Shown here: one piece after another, positions 19,201-29,209 of the stretch
Layout: each line of letters begins with the position of its first letter
Position numbering within the stretch: the stretch's first letter is position 1
Virus record (IMG/VR): IMGVR_UViG_3300021371_000013
Coordinates: 6,712-70,711 of that record
Strand: one strand, 5' to 3'
DNA: 64,000 nt
DNA from: a virus
Made by a program: the position numbers and the translations under genes
The notes under the pieces: model-generated
Databases searched by the model: none
Seen by the model: only the letters and a program-made list of their open reading frames with translations
What the model was told of the DNA's origin: nothing

Positions 19201-22200
19201 CAATAAGTGCATTAGCAAAAGCGTGATACGACAGCGTATATCCTGCGCTACTATTTTTAGCAACAATAAAATCACCATCATTAAATTGTTCCAGTTTATC
19301 AAATCCATCTGATCCAGCGGGATGAGTATTACTTCCACTATACTGACTAGAATCATAATCCCACCAAACATACCCCGACTTCTCGTAACCCAAAGTACCC
19401 GCAGATATATCGTACTTTTCTCCATTTAACCATACATCATGCTGTGCCCAAGATAATATTCCTTTGTTATAGTTATAATTAAATGGATCAGGAGGATCAA
19501 GAGCTATTGTGTTTTTAAATTCTGTGGTTATATTTTTTTGAAAATCAACAACATCGGTTGTTTGAACACCCCCAAGAATAAGCTCCAATCCCTCAACATA
19601 ATCCGCGTCAGGATCAGAGCTTCCAATAAACTTGCTTTTATTTCCTGCTTTATCTACAGCGCGAACCCAAAAATAACCAACGTCTCCTTGATCTCCAATA
19701 TAAGAAGTTTCAATACTAGGAGAATTTGCGGAAACATTAAATATGCTTGTTGCGTTTGTTATTGATTTACCTGGATCAATAGCATCTGGCGGTATATTTT
19801 CTGATGCACCAATTGTAGATTTAATATCACCAACAAACCTTCTATATCCAGAATTATCATCAACAGCCCAATTTTGATTATTATCTTGTAATATTTTCTC
19901 ATTACCGAGCCAAACTTCGTAATGACTCAGATCATTTGGCGGAATATCTATTATACCATTATCTGATATTTGAGATCCGGGCATACTCCAATTTAAAAAA
20001 TATGTAGTAAAAGCAGTGCTTCCATTAAAGTTTAAAACTGGCCCAGGTATATCATCTTCAGTCAAACTTATTACAGGTCCAGGAACACCATTTTCACTTC
20101 TATTTGAATAATTACTAGGAATAACCTGTATCTTGTCTTCTATTTCATACAAATAACCGCTACCAAAATCATCAAATGGCAATATTTTATAAAAATACCC
20201 AGCTCGCTCTTCTACTCCATTCACTGTATTAACTGGCGGATTATCAATTATCTCATTTATATTCACACCAAGCACTGCGTCAGCAGCACCCAAAACCGTT
20301 TTAACTAAAGTTGAACCAACCTCATCTTCAGACATAAAAGGCAAACCTTGATCGTTTAGTATAGTAAAGTCAGCGACATTCGATCGGTACAAATTAACTC
20401 GCGTAGTTTTTTCTCTTATGCCCTCGTCTGTATAATTGTATCTAAATTTTACCTTTGTAGCTTCAGACAGTGAATCTACAGGAGTTATTATTTGCTTATT
20501 AAATCCATCATCAGTAATTGCCGGGGCATAATTAATTGCAGTGCGTCTTTTTTTATCTAATACATTTCCATTGATATCTATTATACCAATTTCTATACCA
20601 ACACTTCTTTTTCCACTTTCAGGAATACCAACATGCTTAAATACAAAATTATCATAATTGGTATTATTTTCCCACACAGGCTTCCACTGAGAAGATTCAT
20701 AAGAAGAGTTTATCAACAAGCTTGAGTTTGTATAAGCTTCAATTGGGCCACCCACGGGATTGTCGCTTATACATTCATATACAGAGTTGTTGTTATATAC
20801 AAAATCTCCGCTCTCATAACTTCTATTCAAGTAAGAAGAGAATTCTCCTATATTCTGACCATCGCTTGTATTTGCCCAAAATTGAGATGAATCACTTGGA
20901 ATCTCTCCAATAGTTGAAGACACTCCGCTCCACACATCATTTTGATATACAACAAAATCTCCTTTATTATATCTTTTTTCGGTAGACCAATTGGATACAT
21001 TAAATTCATAAGCAGGAACAATAATCTCAAAAAATTCTTGAGCTTGAGCAAGAATTAAAGGACTTACTTTTTTCCAATTTACCTTATCTTGATTTGGGGC
21101 GCCCACATTAGAAGTGCCTATCAATTGATAATAATCACAAGAGACGTCATTAAATGCAGATAGCACACGCCATTTATTTAAATCAACACCCGGAATAGTC
21201 ATTTCGCTAGAATTTATATCAACAACTGCACTATAAATACTTCCTTCAAATAATACCTTTTCGCGCAAATCGTAACTTTTATTTTGATCAAAAATTTGAA
21301 TATTTATATTTGGTGATACAACAATATTTCCAATAGTGTAATTATCATTCTCATTATATAAAGCAAAGCTACTCGGACCAAACTCTTGAATGCAATTTAA
21401 AACATTATTTTGATAAGTAATTTTATCACTAACAACATAATCGTTAATTCTAGACCACTCATCGTATATAGGTTGAATACTATTTGTATCAATCAATGAC
21501 TCATACAATAAATTATTTTTTGCAAGCACAATATCTCCAACAACATATGAATTATCAGGATCGTAATCTTGATAATTACTAATATATCCACCATCTTTAT
21601 ATATTTGATTATTTAGATCTCTTGTATACAAGAAAGAACTGAAATTTTTTGTGTTCGGTAGAGAAGCACTTATTGTTGTGTTGCCATCTTGATCTTCAAT
21701 TAAAGATCTCGAATTAAAACCCTCAGTTAATCCGGTCAAAAATGTATTTGTGTCTACATTAAAAAGAGAACCACTGATACCAAGTATCACCGGAACATCT
21801 GTTGAAGATAAAGGAAATCTATATTTATCTATATCTACAGAATTATTATCTTGATCAAGTACATCCCAATTAAATAAAAAATCATCCTCTTGTTCTCTGA
21901 ATTCTATCTGACTCAACTTTAACTCAGAGAAAAATCCCTTTAATTCAGACCCATCAACACCTTTCTCAACAAGTAAATTTTCAGTCAAATTAAAAACAGG
22001 ACCCCCGCCATAATTATCAAATCCCTGTAATTGATAATAATACGAATATTGCCAATCTTGATCAAAATTAAAAGTAAAAGAATTTAAATCAAAAGATTCA
22101 TAAATGTAATCAACCTGATCACCAACCAACAACCAATTTGCAGTATTACCTGGATCAGCAGAAGAACTTTGTCGAGTATGAGAATTTATGCATTCATAAA

Positions 22201-23221
22201 TAAGTCCATCTGAATACAAAACCATATCTCCCTCAAAATACCTAGAACCAATAGTGAAGTCAAAAATTCTTGCATTACTTGATCGCTCCAAATAATCTTT
22301 TGAAGCAAGTAAGTCTTTGTTGTCATATATTTGATACTCAGAAGGCACACCCAACAATTTAATATTAACGCCCGAATAATCAGTATCACCCTCTGCCCAA
22401 GAAAATGACATGCTAGAAGAAGATAATGATTCGCTAAAATTAAATATTGTGGGAACATGATTTTTTGCATATATTGTGCCTGTTGAAGTTGCACCAAAAT
22501 AATCAACAGCTATCACATTCAAAGATACATTTCTTGATAAATCTAATGAATCAAACGTATCTTGACTAATATTAAAATTGAATTGCTTATAATTACTCAA
22601 GACATCATCTATATTTCCTGGAGCAGTATTTAGGTCTGACGACAAAGAAGTTGCGGTATCTGATAGTGGGTCCAATTGAGAAAAATCAATCTTTTGATCA
22701 CCATCAAACAACTCAACCCTAAACCCAGAAAACATTGGATCATTTATCAAATCATAATCAACAACTTGCCCCTCCAAAGCATGACCTATTGGAGGATTTA
22801 ATTTCCAGGAAAATTCAATTTCTCTATCTATATATTCAGAATCAACAATCAATTGATTTGAATCCAAAGAAGCAGACTTTTTAACACTAGTACCAATTTT
22901 ACTACCTTCAGGCAAATTGTCAACCCGGATGTTGGCAAAAGAAAATGTTCCACTAAACCTCGGGGGCTTAACATTTATTTTTTGTCTGAGAAATGAAGAC
23001 CTAATCCCAACCAAATTTTCCGCAAACAATTTTACATCAAACTCTCCATAATTTCCCTCTAAAGATATAACCTTACTCGCCACTCCACCCACAAAATCAA
23101 CAAGTGTATCTCCTCTTCCTAAATTATGGTCAAAAGAATAATTTTTAGAAGTGCCGATAATTTGGTATATTGCATCCAAATCGTTGACTATAAATTCTAT
23201 TGATATTGCAGTGGATAACAT
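16253..23221 (-). CDS. large central tail fibre (C-terminal continuation of gpJ)
   Basis: FN3-like domains (YFWVRAVDKAGNKS), many CBM5/12-like repeats, IGTAQISEAAITDAKIKTLTADKITAG helix repeat, C-terminal GG.N beta-roll. Confidence 0.8.
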   Translation of the reverse strand: MLSTAISIEFIVNDLDAIYQIIGTSKNYSFDHNLGRGDTLVDFVGGVASKVISLEGNYGEFDVKLFAENLVGIRSSFLRQKINVKPPRFSGTFSFANIRVDNLPEGSKIGTSVKKSASLDSNQLIVDSEYIDREIEFSWKLNPPIGHALEGQVVDYDLINDPMFSGFRVELFDGDQKIDFSQLDPLSDTATSLSSDLNTAPGNIDDVLSNYKQFNFNISQDTFDSLDLSRNVSLNVIAVDYFGATSTGTIYAKNHVPTIFNFSESLSSSSMSFSWAEGDTDYSGVNIKLLGVPSEYQIYDNKDLLASKDYLERSSNARIFDFTIGSRYFEGDMVLYSDGLIYECINSHTRQSSSADPGNTANWLLVGDQVDYIYESFDLNSFTFNFDQDWQYSYYYQLQGFDNYGGGPVFNLTENLLVEKGVDGSELKGFFSELKLSQIEFREQEDDFLFNWDVLDQDNNSVDIDKYRFPLSSTDVPVILGISGSLFNVDTNTFLTGLTEGFNSRSLIEDQDGNTTISASLPNTKNFSSFLYTRDLNNQIYKDGGYISNYQDYDPDNSYVVGDIVLAKNNLLYESLIDTNSIQPIYDEWSRINDYVVSDKITYQNNVLNCIQEFGPSSFALYNENDNYTIGNIVVSPNINIQIFDQNKSYDLREKVLFEGSIYSAVVDINSSEMTIPGVDLNKWRVLSAFNDVSCDYYQLIGTSNVGAPNQDKVNWKKVSPLILAQAQEFFEIIVPAYEFNVSNWSTEKRYNKGDFVVYQNDVWSGVSSTIGEIPSDSSQFWANTSDGQNIGEFSSYLNRSYESGDFVYNNNSVYECISDNPVGGPIEAYTNSSLLINSSYESSQWKPVWENNTNYDNFVFKHVGIPESGKRSVGIEIGIIDINGNVLDKKRRTAINYAPAITDDGFNKQIITPVDSLSEATKVKFRYNYTDEGIREKTTRVNLYRSNVADFTILNDQGLPFMSEDEVGSTLVKTVLGAADAVLGVNINEIIDNPPVNTVNGVEERAGYFYKILPFDDFGSGYLYEIEDKIQVIPSNYSNRSENGVPGPVISLTEDDIPGPVLNFNGSTAFTTYFLNWSMPGSQISDNGIIDIPPNDLSHYEVWLGNEKILQDNNQNWAVDDNSGYRRFVGDIKSTIGASENIPPDAIDPGKSITNATSIFNVSANSPSIETSYIGDQGDVGYFWVRAVDKAGNKSKFIGSSDPDADYVEGLELILGGVQTTDVVDFQKNITTEFKNTIALDPPDPFNYNYNKGILSWAQHDVWLNGEKYDISAGTLGYEKSGYVWWDYDSSQYSGSNTHPAGSDGFDKLEQFNDGDFIVAKNSSAGYTLSYHAFANALIGTAQISEAAITDAKIKTLTADKITAGQIKGHRIEIFHSGDNQSSNYGSIASVGFSGLQFSESEQGVLDQSVNGFVLSGDGSFAFQQGRGGLSFEEDELTIRGRLRQKNNKDYDFVDIDLSSSVIGYIETEDGFELDQTQADVSIDLTFRNSSVTSASHILIKIKDENNVSIKPVGQTVDAVNYLGDDWYRLDDLDQDGFEWNQVLNDSNGLKSSSISMSAAKFNEYINANNNGSEFITIYVSSVHSDLQKKASITRLVDGKAAESIRLSASSQIFKVNKYGSTIGDNEIIITADVQNTSKGIQWVSDVDDIKIYDVNDNEIPKTISGNINYVQNKIVKIKFNDFPEGQLTVKIGAATEAGTVSPSVSDEMTFIVVEDGSNEVSVVLSNENHTLSQISINNSLQLDPTDSGTDIEVFDGAQILKPYPESDYNDLTNKKGAYYVTNESTIGITEDPSPEEDLVNNKIIYEDIAIDDHAIKSASITFTIQGTKLNGEVFGSISKKQTFSVAQIGEDGKTAVTVELSSTHYAIRYSVDPVNENNLIADPANFTLTATPRNLEGATHTYAWKKDGSVISNQSQYQLTQNSSSATNGVVPAPMTYSVEISVDDDVVASDSITIIALKDGNIGRNGRTPTYRGNWTSLLEELDVGGVIKFEQTDTRGDIVEFDTGGGDNYWICTTPHWVKKVSSTKYSFSNDNSTFGTAYILTNAYWIADSDYWDQNWTNFGTELDNVATDILLTKEAYITNKLNIGGPKAGAIKSNGFIGGLIDTSNEDPGKWDAPPTSENYNPAGFVLAYDNTYDNTSAYFDVGGRVQSNGADISLPGGGFVKSYIRFNSSSGKLEIRGASVNNTSEEQIAVQLSVDQSSIDYGSPEDTLATFVGGGYANAISDPNNANSYQSLASSIIGGGSNSIEGRFSMIGNGYSNDCKDNFSAIVAGYNNRMTKGGEDNQGSNFIGAGQSNVINGGTNQAILAGQNNQIIYTL

Positions 23222-23224
23222 TTT

Positions 23225-26200
23225 TTATAAAGTTAAATCGGTAATAATTAAATCTTCTGGACTTTCAGGAGCATCCATATCTGCTTGCGGAGGAATTGGA
23301 GACCTAGGTTTTCTAGATACACCTTTTTTATCTATGAAATCAAACTTTGAGGAGTTGTACTCAAGACCAGTAACCTCGAATTGATTTTCAGCTATCTCTT
23401 TTACATTAAGGACTCTAAACAGTTGACCTTCTAAGTTTCTTTGTATTCTTGAATCCGGGCCAATAATATAATAAACACTGCCAATACTTTCTTGCCCTTC
23501 AATTTTCTGAAAATCTGAATATTGAATTGAGTCCAATATTGTTTTCTGGGCTGAAGAGTTTACAAGTTCAACAGCATTTTCATTCACATATACAACAGAC
23601 CATCTACTATTTATAGAAGAGTCAAAAGAAGAATTAGAAGAGTTTACATTTTCTATATACAGAGTATTGTTTCCTTCTATATCTAAACCATGTCCGTCAA
23701 AAAACTCAATCAAAACAGAATCTTCTCCTTGAATAGAATCATTTGAGGAAACAGAATGAAACTCCTTAATTCCAGAAGCGTGATAGCCAGGATTTTCATT
23801 GAAATCTATTTCTACATCAACAACTTCCTCTTGATTAAAATCTTCAGTAATTACATCTTCAACTTCAATTGAATCAACAAGAGACAAATAGTAACCATAT
23901 TGATTTATTCGAACAACTGGCAATAATTTTGAGTCTCCAAGTTGGTACATATCTCCAATTAAAAGCTGTTGTTCTTGTGGGTTTTCGTATACAAAAAGAC
24001 TCTCAATAACCTCTTTTGAACTCGAGGCGTATTGTACAGCAATCCACCTATTTATACTTAAAACATACCAATAACTATCTTTTATAATATTGTTTGTCCA
24101 AAACCATCCAATATCTTTTTCAAAAAGCCACATTTGATCAAGATTAGAAACTTTCGTTCTTAACTGCTCGATATATACCCACTCCAATGTTGGACTAAAA
24201 ATCCATTCATTATCTGCAGAAACGAATCCTAAAAAATCTGATTGAAGAAATTCTTGATTTTGCTGTTCCTGGGCACCCACAATCTCAAACTGCTCCTGAG
24301 TCCAGTCAACAGAATCTCTTGTTCCAATCAGTCCTTTAATTGAATATGGAGCTCCTATATGTATTTGATTTAATGCGTCTTGCAGTTTATCATTATTCTT
24401 ATACATAAAATAGTGGTCGCCACCTTTATTTAAAAATCTATCTTTACCAATATCAAAAATATTAACAGTATCCTCTGAGTTGAATTTGTATATTTTAAAA
24501 GTATGCTTGGTTAGATCGGTAACTTTATATATAAAACCTTCTTCAATTCCTCCAGGCAAAATACCCTCCGAAATAAATGCTATTTCTTCTGCTTCATCAA
24601 GACCATGATTAAAACACTTTATTATATTTGTGTTAGTATCAACAGTAAAGTCTTTTTTGTAGTTTATATTAGTTATGATTGTTTTTGATTGTTCTATATT
24701 TTGTGCACTTACGGTTTTAATTGAACTTATTGATCCATTAAATCTTAATATTTGAGGTGTATTTACAGATTCAATTTCAATATCTTGATCCTCTTCACTA
24801 TTATAAACATTATAGGAATTGGAGGTTATAGAAGATTTCCCTTCCATAGACTTTATGCTTTCATTACTCAATCCACAGGAAACAGAAAATTCTATATTCG
24901 ATACGCTCGGACAATCTTTTATAGATTTATCTATTACTACATATGGAGAAGCTGACTGAATCATCTGTCCGTTAATATTATAGTTTCTACCTTCGTATAC
25001 CCCCAATACTCTACCACTTTTATCTTTACCAGCCCTATATTCATCAGAAACCTCAAACACCGACCCTGGTATTAAATAACTCGCTTCTTGACCCGCTGTA
25101 AACTTAATTGTTTCAGTTTCTAGTTGAGATGTAAACAAAACCCATTTCGCCAACCTTCTGGCTTGAGACTCGGAAGTTATACCAAACCCAAGAGTTTCAT
25201 TTTCTATATATCCAAGCTTTCTCATACCCTCAGGGTCTTCTTCGTAAACCAAATCTGGTTTAAAATTTTTATATTTATTATTAAACCTAACCATCGAAGC
25301 AGTAATTCTTTTGTTTTTATTCATTCCAGAATAAGCAAAACCAGTTTTTGATACATTAGAATTATTAAACATCATGATTGTTTTTTTGTAGGCGTCTTGA
25401 GTTGTAAATATTTTCCCACCAGAATATGTGGCCATTCCTCTAAAAATAGCAGTCATAGAGTTTATCATATCTAAGGCTTTTGATCTATCAGTTAAATATA
25501 TGTTTGTAGAAAACCTTGTCTCCAAAACTGGGTGATTTACCTGAACGGCACAAGCGCCAACAATCATTCTTGCTCCAGAATCCTCACCAATAAAAGATAC
25601 TCCTGTTTCATCTAAAACTGGGCCCCTGACTAAAATTTTTTTCGTTAAAGGGTTGGCAGATAAAACAGTTCTCTCCTCCACGACGTACTCTTTTTGCCGC
25701 TTCGCAGATCTATTTTTAATAATGTCAATCTGGCCATTATTTAATCTTTCATTATTAAATGAATGCTGATACATAAAAAACGCAATCTTTTTTCCTTTGT
25801 ATGACCCACCATCCCCAAACTCAGACTTAAATATATCAGAAGAACTTTTATTGCTAATTCCAGCATCTATATGATTAGTGAAAGCATACTCTCCAGACTC
25901 AAGAACCTTAAAAAACCCAGAATCTACTGTGATCTCGAAAGCTCCTGAAGACCCTTGATTACTTAATTTATTAAATGTCTCAAAAGGTTTTGGTATAGAA
26001 TTTTCTGTATCAAAGGGGTAATCAGTTTGAACAAGCTCATCACAATACTTTGCCACTTTATACAATTGCCATTTATCGATATTTTCTTCTTCCAGTCCAT
26101 ATTTACCAAGTCCATATCTAAAATTATTTAGCAAATCAAAAAAAATCCAAGCCGGATTATCAGTCCAGTATTTATGCTGGTCAGATATTGTATGAATAGA

Positions 26201-27823
26201 CTGATCACTAGATTCTTGACCTCTAAATAATCCATTCCAAGGACCAACATATTTTCTTGACAGAGGATCATAATTACTAGGCACTAAAACTTTTTTAAGC
26301 TTTAAATGATAAGACCGACTAGGAACATTTGAAAAATTTTTACTATCAAAAGTTATCCTAGTAGCAGCAGTATGAGGATATAGCATTTTACTTTCTACAA
26401 TCTCCTCAACATGAGCAAGCTGCAAATTCCTAACGTTTTCTAGCCCCCCTACGTCGTCATCTTTAACCGAAGGATCGTATTCGGCGCTTAGTTTCACAAT
26501 TTTAAAAATAATCCCCCCAACTTTTTCGCTAGTAGTATTTAGTCTATTAAAATTAACATCTATGTCAAATTGATAAGGAGATGTTGCTATCCCTGTCAAA
26601 GAAAAACCTGAGCCAGCTCCTTTTTTAACAACTCCAGATGCTTGACGAAATGTAGAACTACACCCAGAACGAGAAGCTAGTATATTTACAAAACTGTTAT
26701 CTCTGTATATATAGATTCCAAAGTAAACTGAATTCTCAATCCGAATAGCCTCTCTATCTTTTTTGCCTCCAACAATAACTGTCTTAGATAACTCAGCCTT
26801 AAAAGAAAAGGTTACTTTTGAAACGTTTTCGTTTAAAACTACATGGCTAATTGCCCTGCCCCCCGAATTTTCTACGTCACCCAAAGAAGTGTATCTGGTT
26901 TTATTGTATGGAGATGCGCCATAAAGCATTTGGTCATAATCAATTATACTTGAAATAGAATTGGAGAGTATTTTGCTATCCATCTGACCTCCAAGCTTTA
27001 TATCGGGCGGAAGTTCATCTTCTTTTTCACTTAGAATATAATTAAATGTTCCATTTCCATCTATAGACGTATTTTTGATTTGAACGTCATTCAAAAATAT
27101 ACCTTCTCGCATATCTCCGCCAGATATCGGGCCTCCATATTTACCAACAAAACCTTCTATGGGACCTTCAGACAGTAAATCAACATATGTTATTTCAGTG
27201 TAAGACTCTAAAGCTGTCGAAGAAACACCTTTTCTTGTAACTTTTTTAGGAGAAGAATAAAGAGGCATACTTCTTTTTGTTGCAGAAACATTCGTAGATC
27301 CTATTTTTACCCTACCATAGCCAACAGGCACAGGAATTCCTTGAGCGGTTCTATTGGTAGCTCCTTGAAGTAAAAAAGATTTGGTTGAAACTGGTGCACT
27401 GGGAGTTGGAGATTTTGGAGGTTTAAAAAGCGCGTTCATTGCAACCTGAGTAACCGCCCCCCAAACCATAGAAGTAGCAATAGAAGCTACTAAGCCTTTA
27501 CCAAATATTCCTATCATAACTGTACTAACAAAACCTCCGTAAGTTTTTGGCACAAGATGGATCTCAGATTGCTTTAATTGAACATTATGAAAATCTGTGG
27601 TTAAAACATTTTCTTTTAGATCTTCTTTTGATTTAATTTTGTCGGGCGATTTTTTAAGAAAATAATAATCATCTCCCCTCAGGGAGTGAGTCAATATATA
27701 ATCAATAAAACCTTCTTGATTCGCATCTATAGCACTAACAGCTTCTTGAGCAGAAGACACATCCAATCTCCACTTTTTACCAAAGCGCTTACCTAGCTTT
27801 CCGTGAAGATATACCGTTCTCAT
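23225..27823 (-). CDS. tail tip protein, gpI-gpJ (TipJ) fusion
   Basis: N-terminal gpI-like (VYLHGKLGKRFG, QGIPVPVGYG); gpJ motifs LSEGPIEG, WTDNPAWIFFD, IDKWQLYKVAKYCDE, QARRLAKW. Confidence 0.9.
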   Translation of the reverse strand: MRTVYLHGKLGKRFGKKWRLDVSSAQEAVSAIDANQEGFIDYILTHSLRGDDYYFLKKSPDKIKSKEDLKENVLTTDFHNVQLKQSEIHLVPKTYGGFVSTVMIGIFGKGLVASIATSMVWGAVTQVAMNALFKPPKSPTPSAPVSTKSFLLQGATNRTAQGIPVPVGYGRVKIGSTNVSATKRSMPLYSSPKKVTRKGVSSTALESYTEITYVDLLSEGPIEGFVGKYGGPISGGDMREGIFLNDVQIKNTSIDGNGTFNYILSEKEDELPPDIKLGGQMDSKILSNSISSIIDYDQMLYGASPYNKTRYTSLGDVENSGGRAISHVVLNENVSKVTFSFKAELSKTVIVGGKKDREAIRIENSVYFGIYIYRDNSFVNILASRSGCSSTFRQASGVVKKGAGSGFSLTGIATSPYQFDIDVNFNRLNTTSEKVGGIIFKIVKLSAEYDPSVKDDDVGGLENVRNLQLAHVEEIVESKMLYPHTAATRITFDSKNFSNVPSRSYHLKLKKVLVPSNYDPLSRKYVGPWNGLFRGQESSDQSIHTISDQHKYWTDNPAWIFFDLLNNFRYGLGKYGLEEENIDKWQLYKVAKYCDELVQTDYPFDTENSIPKPFETFNKLSNQGSSGAFEITVDSGFFKVLESGEYAFTNHIDAGISNKSSSDIFKSEFGDGGSYKGKKIAFFMYQHSFNNERLNNGQIDIIKNRSAKRQKEYVVEERTVLSANPLTKKILVRGPVLDETGVSFIGEDSGARMIVGACAVQVNHPVLETRFSTNIYLTDRSKALDMINSMTAIFRGMATYSGGKIFTTQDAYKKTIMMFNNSNVSKTGFAYSGMNKNKRITASMVRFNNKYKNFKPDLVYEEDPEGMRKLGYIENETLGFGITSESQARRLAKWVLFTSQLETETIKFTAGQEASYLIPGSVFEVSDEYRAGKDKSGRVLGVYEGRNYNINGQMIQSASPYVVIDKSIKDCPSVSNIEFSVSCGLSNESIKSMEGKSSITSNSYNVYNSEEDQDIEIESVNTPQILRFNGSISSIKTVSAQNIEQSKTIITNINYKKDFTVDTNTNIIKCFNHGLDEAEEIAFISEGILPGGIEEGFIYKVTDLTKHTFKIYKFNSEDTVNIFDIGKDRFLNKGGDHYFMYKNNDKLQDALNQIHIGAPYSIKGLIGTRDSVDWTQEQFEIVGAQEQQNQEFLQSDFLGFVSADNEWIFSPTLEWVYIEQLRTKVSNLDQMWLFEKDIGWFWTNNIIKDSYWYVLSINRWIAVQYASSSKEVIESLFVYENPQEQQLLIGDMYQLGDSKLLPVVRINQYGYYLSLVDSIEVEDVITEDFNQEEVVDVEIDFNENPGYHASGIKEFHSVSSNDSIQGEDSVLIEFFDGHGLDIEGNNTLYIENVNSSNSSFDSSINSRWSVVYVNENAVELVNSSAQKTILDSIQYSDFQKIEGQESIGSVYYIIGPDSRIQRNLEGQLFRVLNVKEIAENQFEVTGLEYNSSKFDFIDKKGVSRKPRSPIPPQADMDAPESPEDLIITDLTL

Positions 27824-27852
27824 TTTACCTTAAACCTTGTATATCTATACAC
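27824..27852 (-). promoter_or_regulatory. GTGTA late-type promoter with 15-nt AAGG-N3-AAGG leader
   Basis: GTGTA-N9-AAGGTTTAAGGTAAA-ATG. Confidence 0.65.
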
Positions 27853-28225
27853 CTACATTCTCATATAAGTAAAACTCATTATCTCTTATGCTATATATGA
27901 TAAAAGGAATGCACAATTCTTCACAACATTTTTTGTCGTAAGGAGATGGATCGCAACTTCCAATACAATGAGAATGAAATATGTACATCACATCATAATC
28001 AACCAAAACCCTCGGGTTTAATATAAAGCTCGTTTGTTTTTTATCGCTCAGATTTTTACACCCAAGGGTATGGAGTGCGCCCGCGCATTCATAAACTATT
28101 CCGCAGACTTCTTGATTCGTTTTTTGTTTAGATATTTCGCGTATTTGATCAAGAATACTTTGAGAAAGTTTACTCGATATTATACTTTTCTGTTCCTGGA
28201 AACCCGCCAAATCGTAAGCCTTCAT
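27845..28225 (-). CDS. tail tip assembly protein gpK-like (JAB/MPN domain only)
   Basis: EVCG...FHSH...PSPYD; between gpL and gpI/J; start uncertain because it overlaps gpL. Confidence 0.8.
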   Translation of the reverse strand: MKAYDLAGFQEQKSIISSKLSQSILDQIREISKQKTNQEVCGIVYECAGALHTLGCKNLSDKKQTSFILNPRVLVDYDVMYIFHSHCIGSCDPSPYDKKCCEELCIPFIIYSIRDNEFYLYENVGV

Positions 28226-29207
28226 ATGTAGAATCTTTTTTATTAAAGTCGCCAAGTTCTTGAGACTCAAATCTTTTCTTGCATGCCGTTAAAGTTTTTT
28301 GACATTCATCCCTCAACCAATAATCTCTATCAATAAAAGGATGATGTTGTTCGGGTCTTGAGTGAGTTTGCGAGCAAATGAATACGCTGATTGTTTTTTG
28401 ATATGGATTTTTTGTGTTTAATGGCGAAACTTTTACAATATCTCCGAGCTGATAACCACCCTCCTTCAACTTGGTCCACTCAGGAACATCATCAGAGTCC
28501 GCATATAAAGAAGCGTCAGCAACACCCCCTGAACCATTGTATCCAAAACCTTCAGTAAGAGATCTGCCGTCAATAGTCTCAATTGGCAAACCTTTGTAAC
28601 CGCATCCAATATCACACCTATAAGTCCAATTGCAATAATCAGAAAGAACAATTCGTGCCGGAACAAAAGCTTCATCAAGTTCAAGTACAGAAACAAGCTC
28701 CAACTCAATCATTGTCTTATCTTCAGATGTTTTTCTGTTCACAAAAAATACATCATCATTAAACTGCGAATCTGGATCCGACTCACCAAATGGATTTACT
28801 CCATTTTGAAAATTTTCCGCATCAAGAAATCTTGCAAATGTACGCTTTCTGGTTACCTTGCAATTAACAAAATCTTCATTTGAATAAAATATTTTAGAAA
28901 ACAGTCCTTCCGGATTGGCTATTTGCATTTTTGGCCTAGGTAGCGTTCCATCCGACTTTGCTTCAAATCCATCAATTTTAATGGGTAATGGTTGATAAGA
29001 ATATCCCTGCCAAACAATTGGGTTTGAGCCATTTATCATCGGGCAGAATCTATACACAGGCTCAGCTCCTATATTGACTCCGTATAAATCTTTTAATTCG
29101 TCAAAATTAGCTTGAAGATTGCTAAAATCTAGTTCATACAAATCTATTAGCGCATCAGGCGTTAATGTAAACAATTGTTTATTTAAATTTGATTGTGGTT
29201 TTGGCAT
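28170..29207 (-). CDS. minor tail protein gpL
   Basis: IDLYELD, RKRTFARFLDAENF, four Cys (CNWTYR, GCGY, CQKTLTAC), RFGGFPG. Confidence 0.9.
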   Translation of the reverse strand: MPKPQSNLNKQLFTLTPDALIDLYELDFSNLQANFDELKDLYGVNIGAEPVYRFCPMINGSNPIVWQGYSYQPLPIKIDGFEAKSDGTLPRPKMQIANPEGLFSKIFYSNEDFVNCKVTRKRTFARFLDAENFQNGVNPFGESDPDSQFNDDVFFVNRKTSEDKTMIELELVSVLELDEAFVPARIVLSDYCNWTYRCDIGCGYKGLPIETIDGRSLTEGFGYNGSGGVADASLYADSDDVPEWTKLKEGGYQLGDIVKVSPLNTKNPYQKTISVFICSQTHSRPEQHHPFIDRDYWLRDECQKTLTACKKRFESQELGDFNKKDSTYEGLRFGGFPGTEKYNIE

Positions 29208-29209
29208 AG

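Noticed and set aside
28140-28270. Programmed gpL-gpK frameshift fusion
   Set aside because: An in-frame ATG at 28225 explains gpK and no convincing shift signal is present
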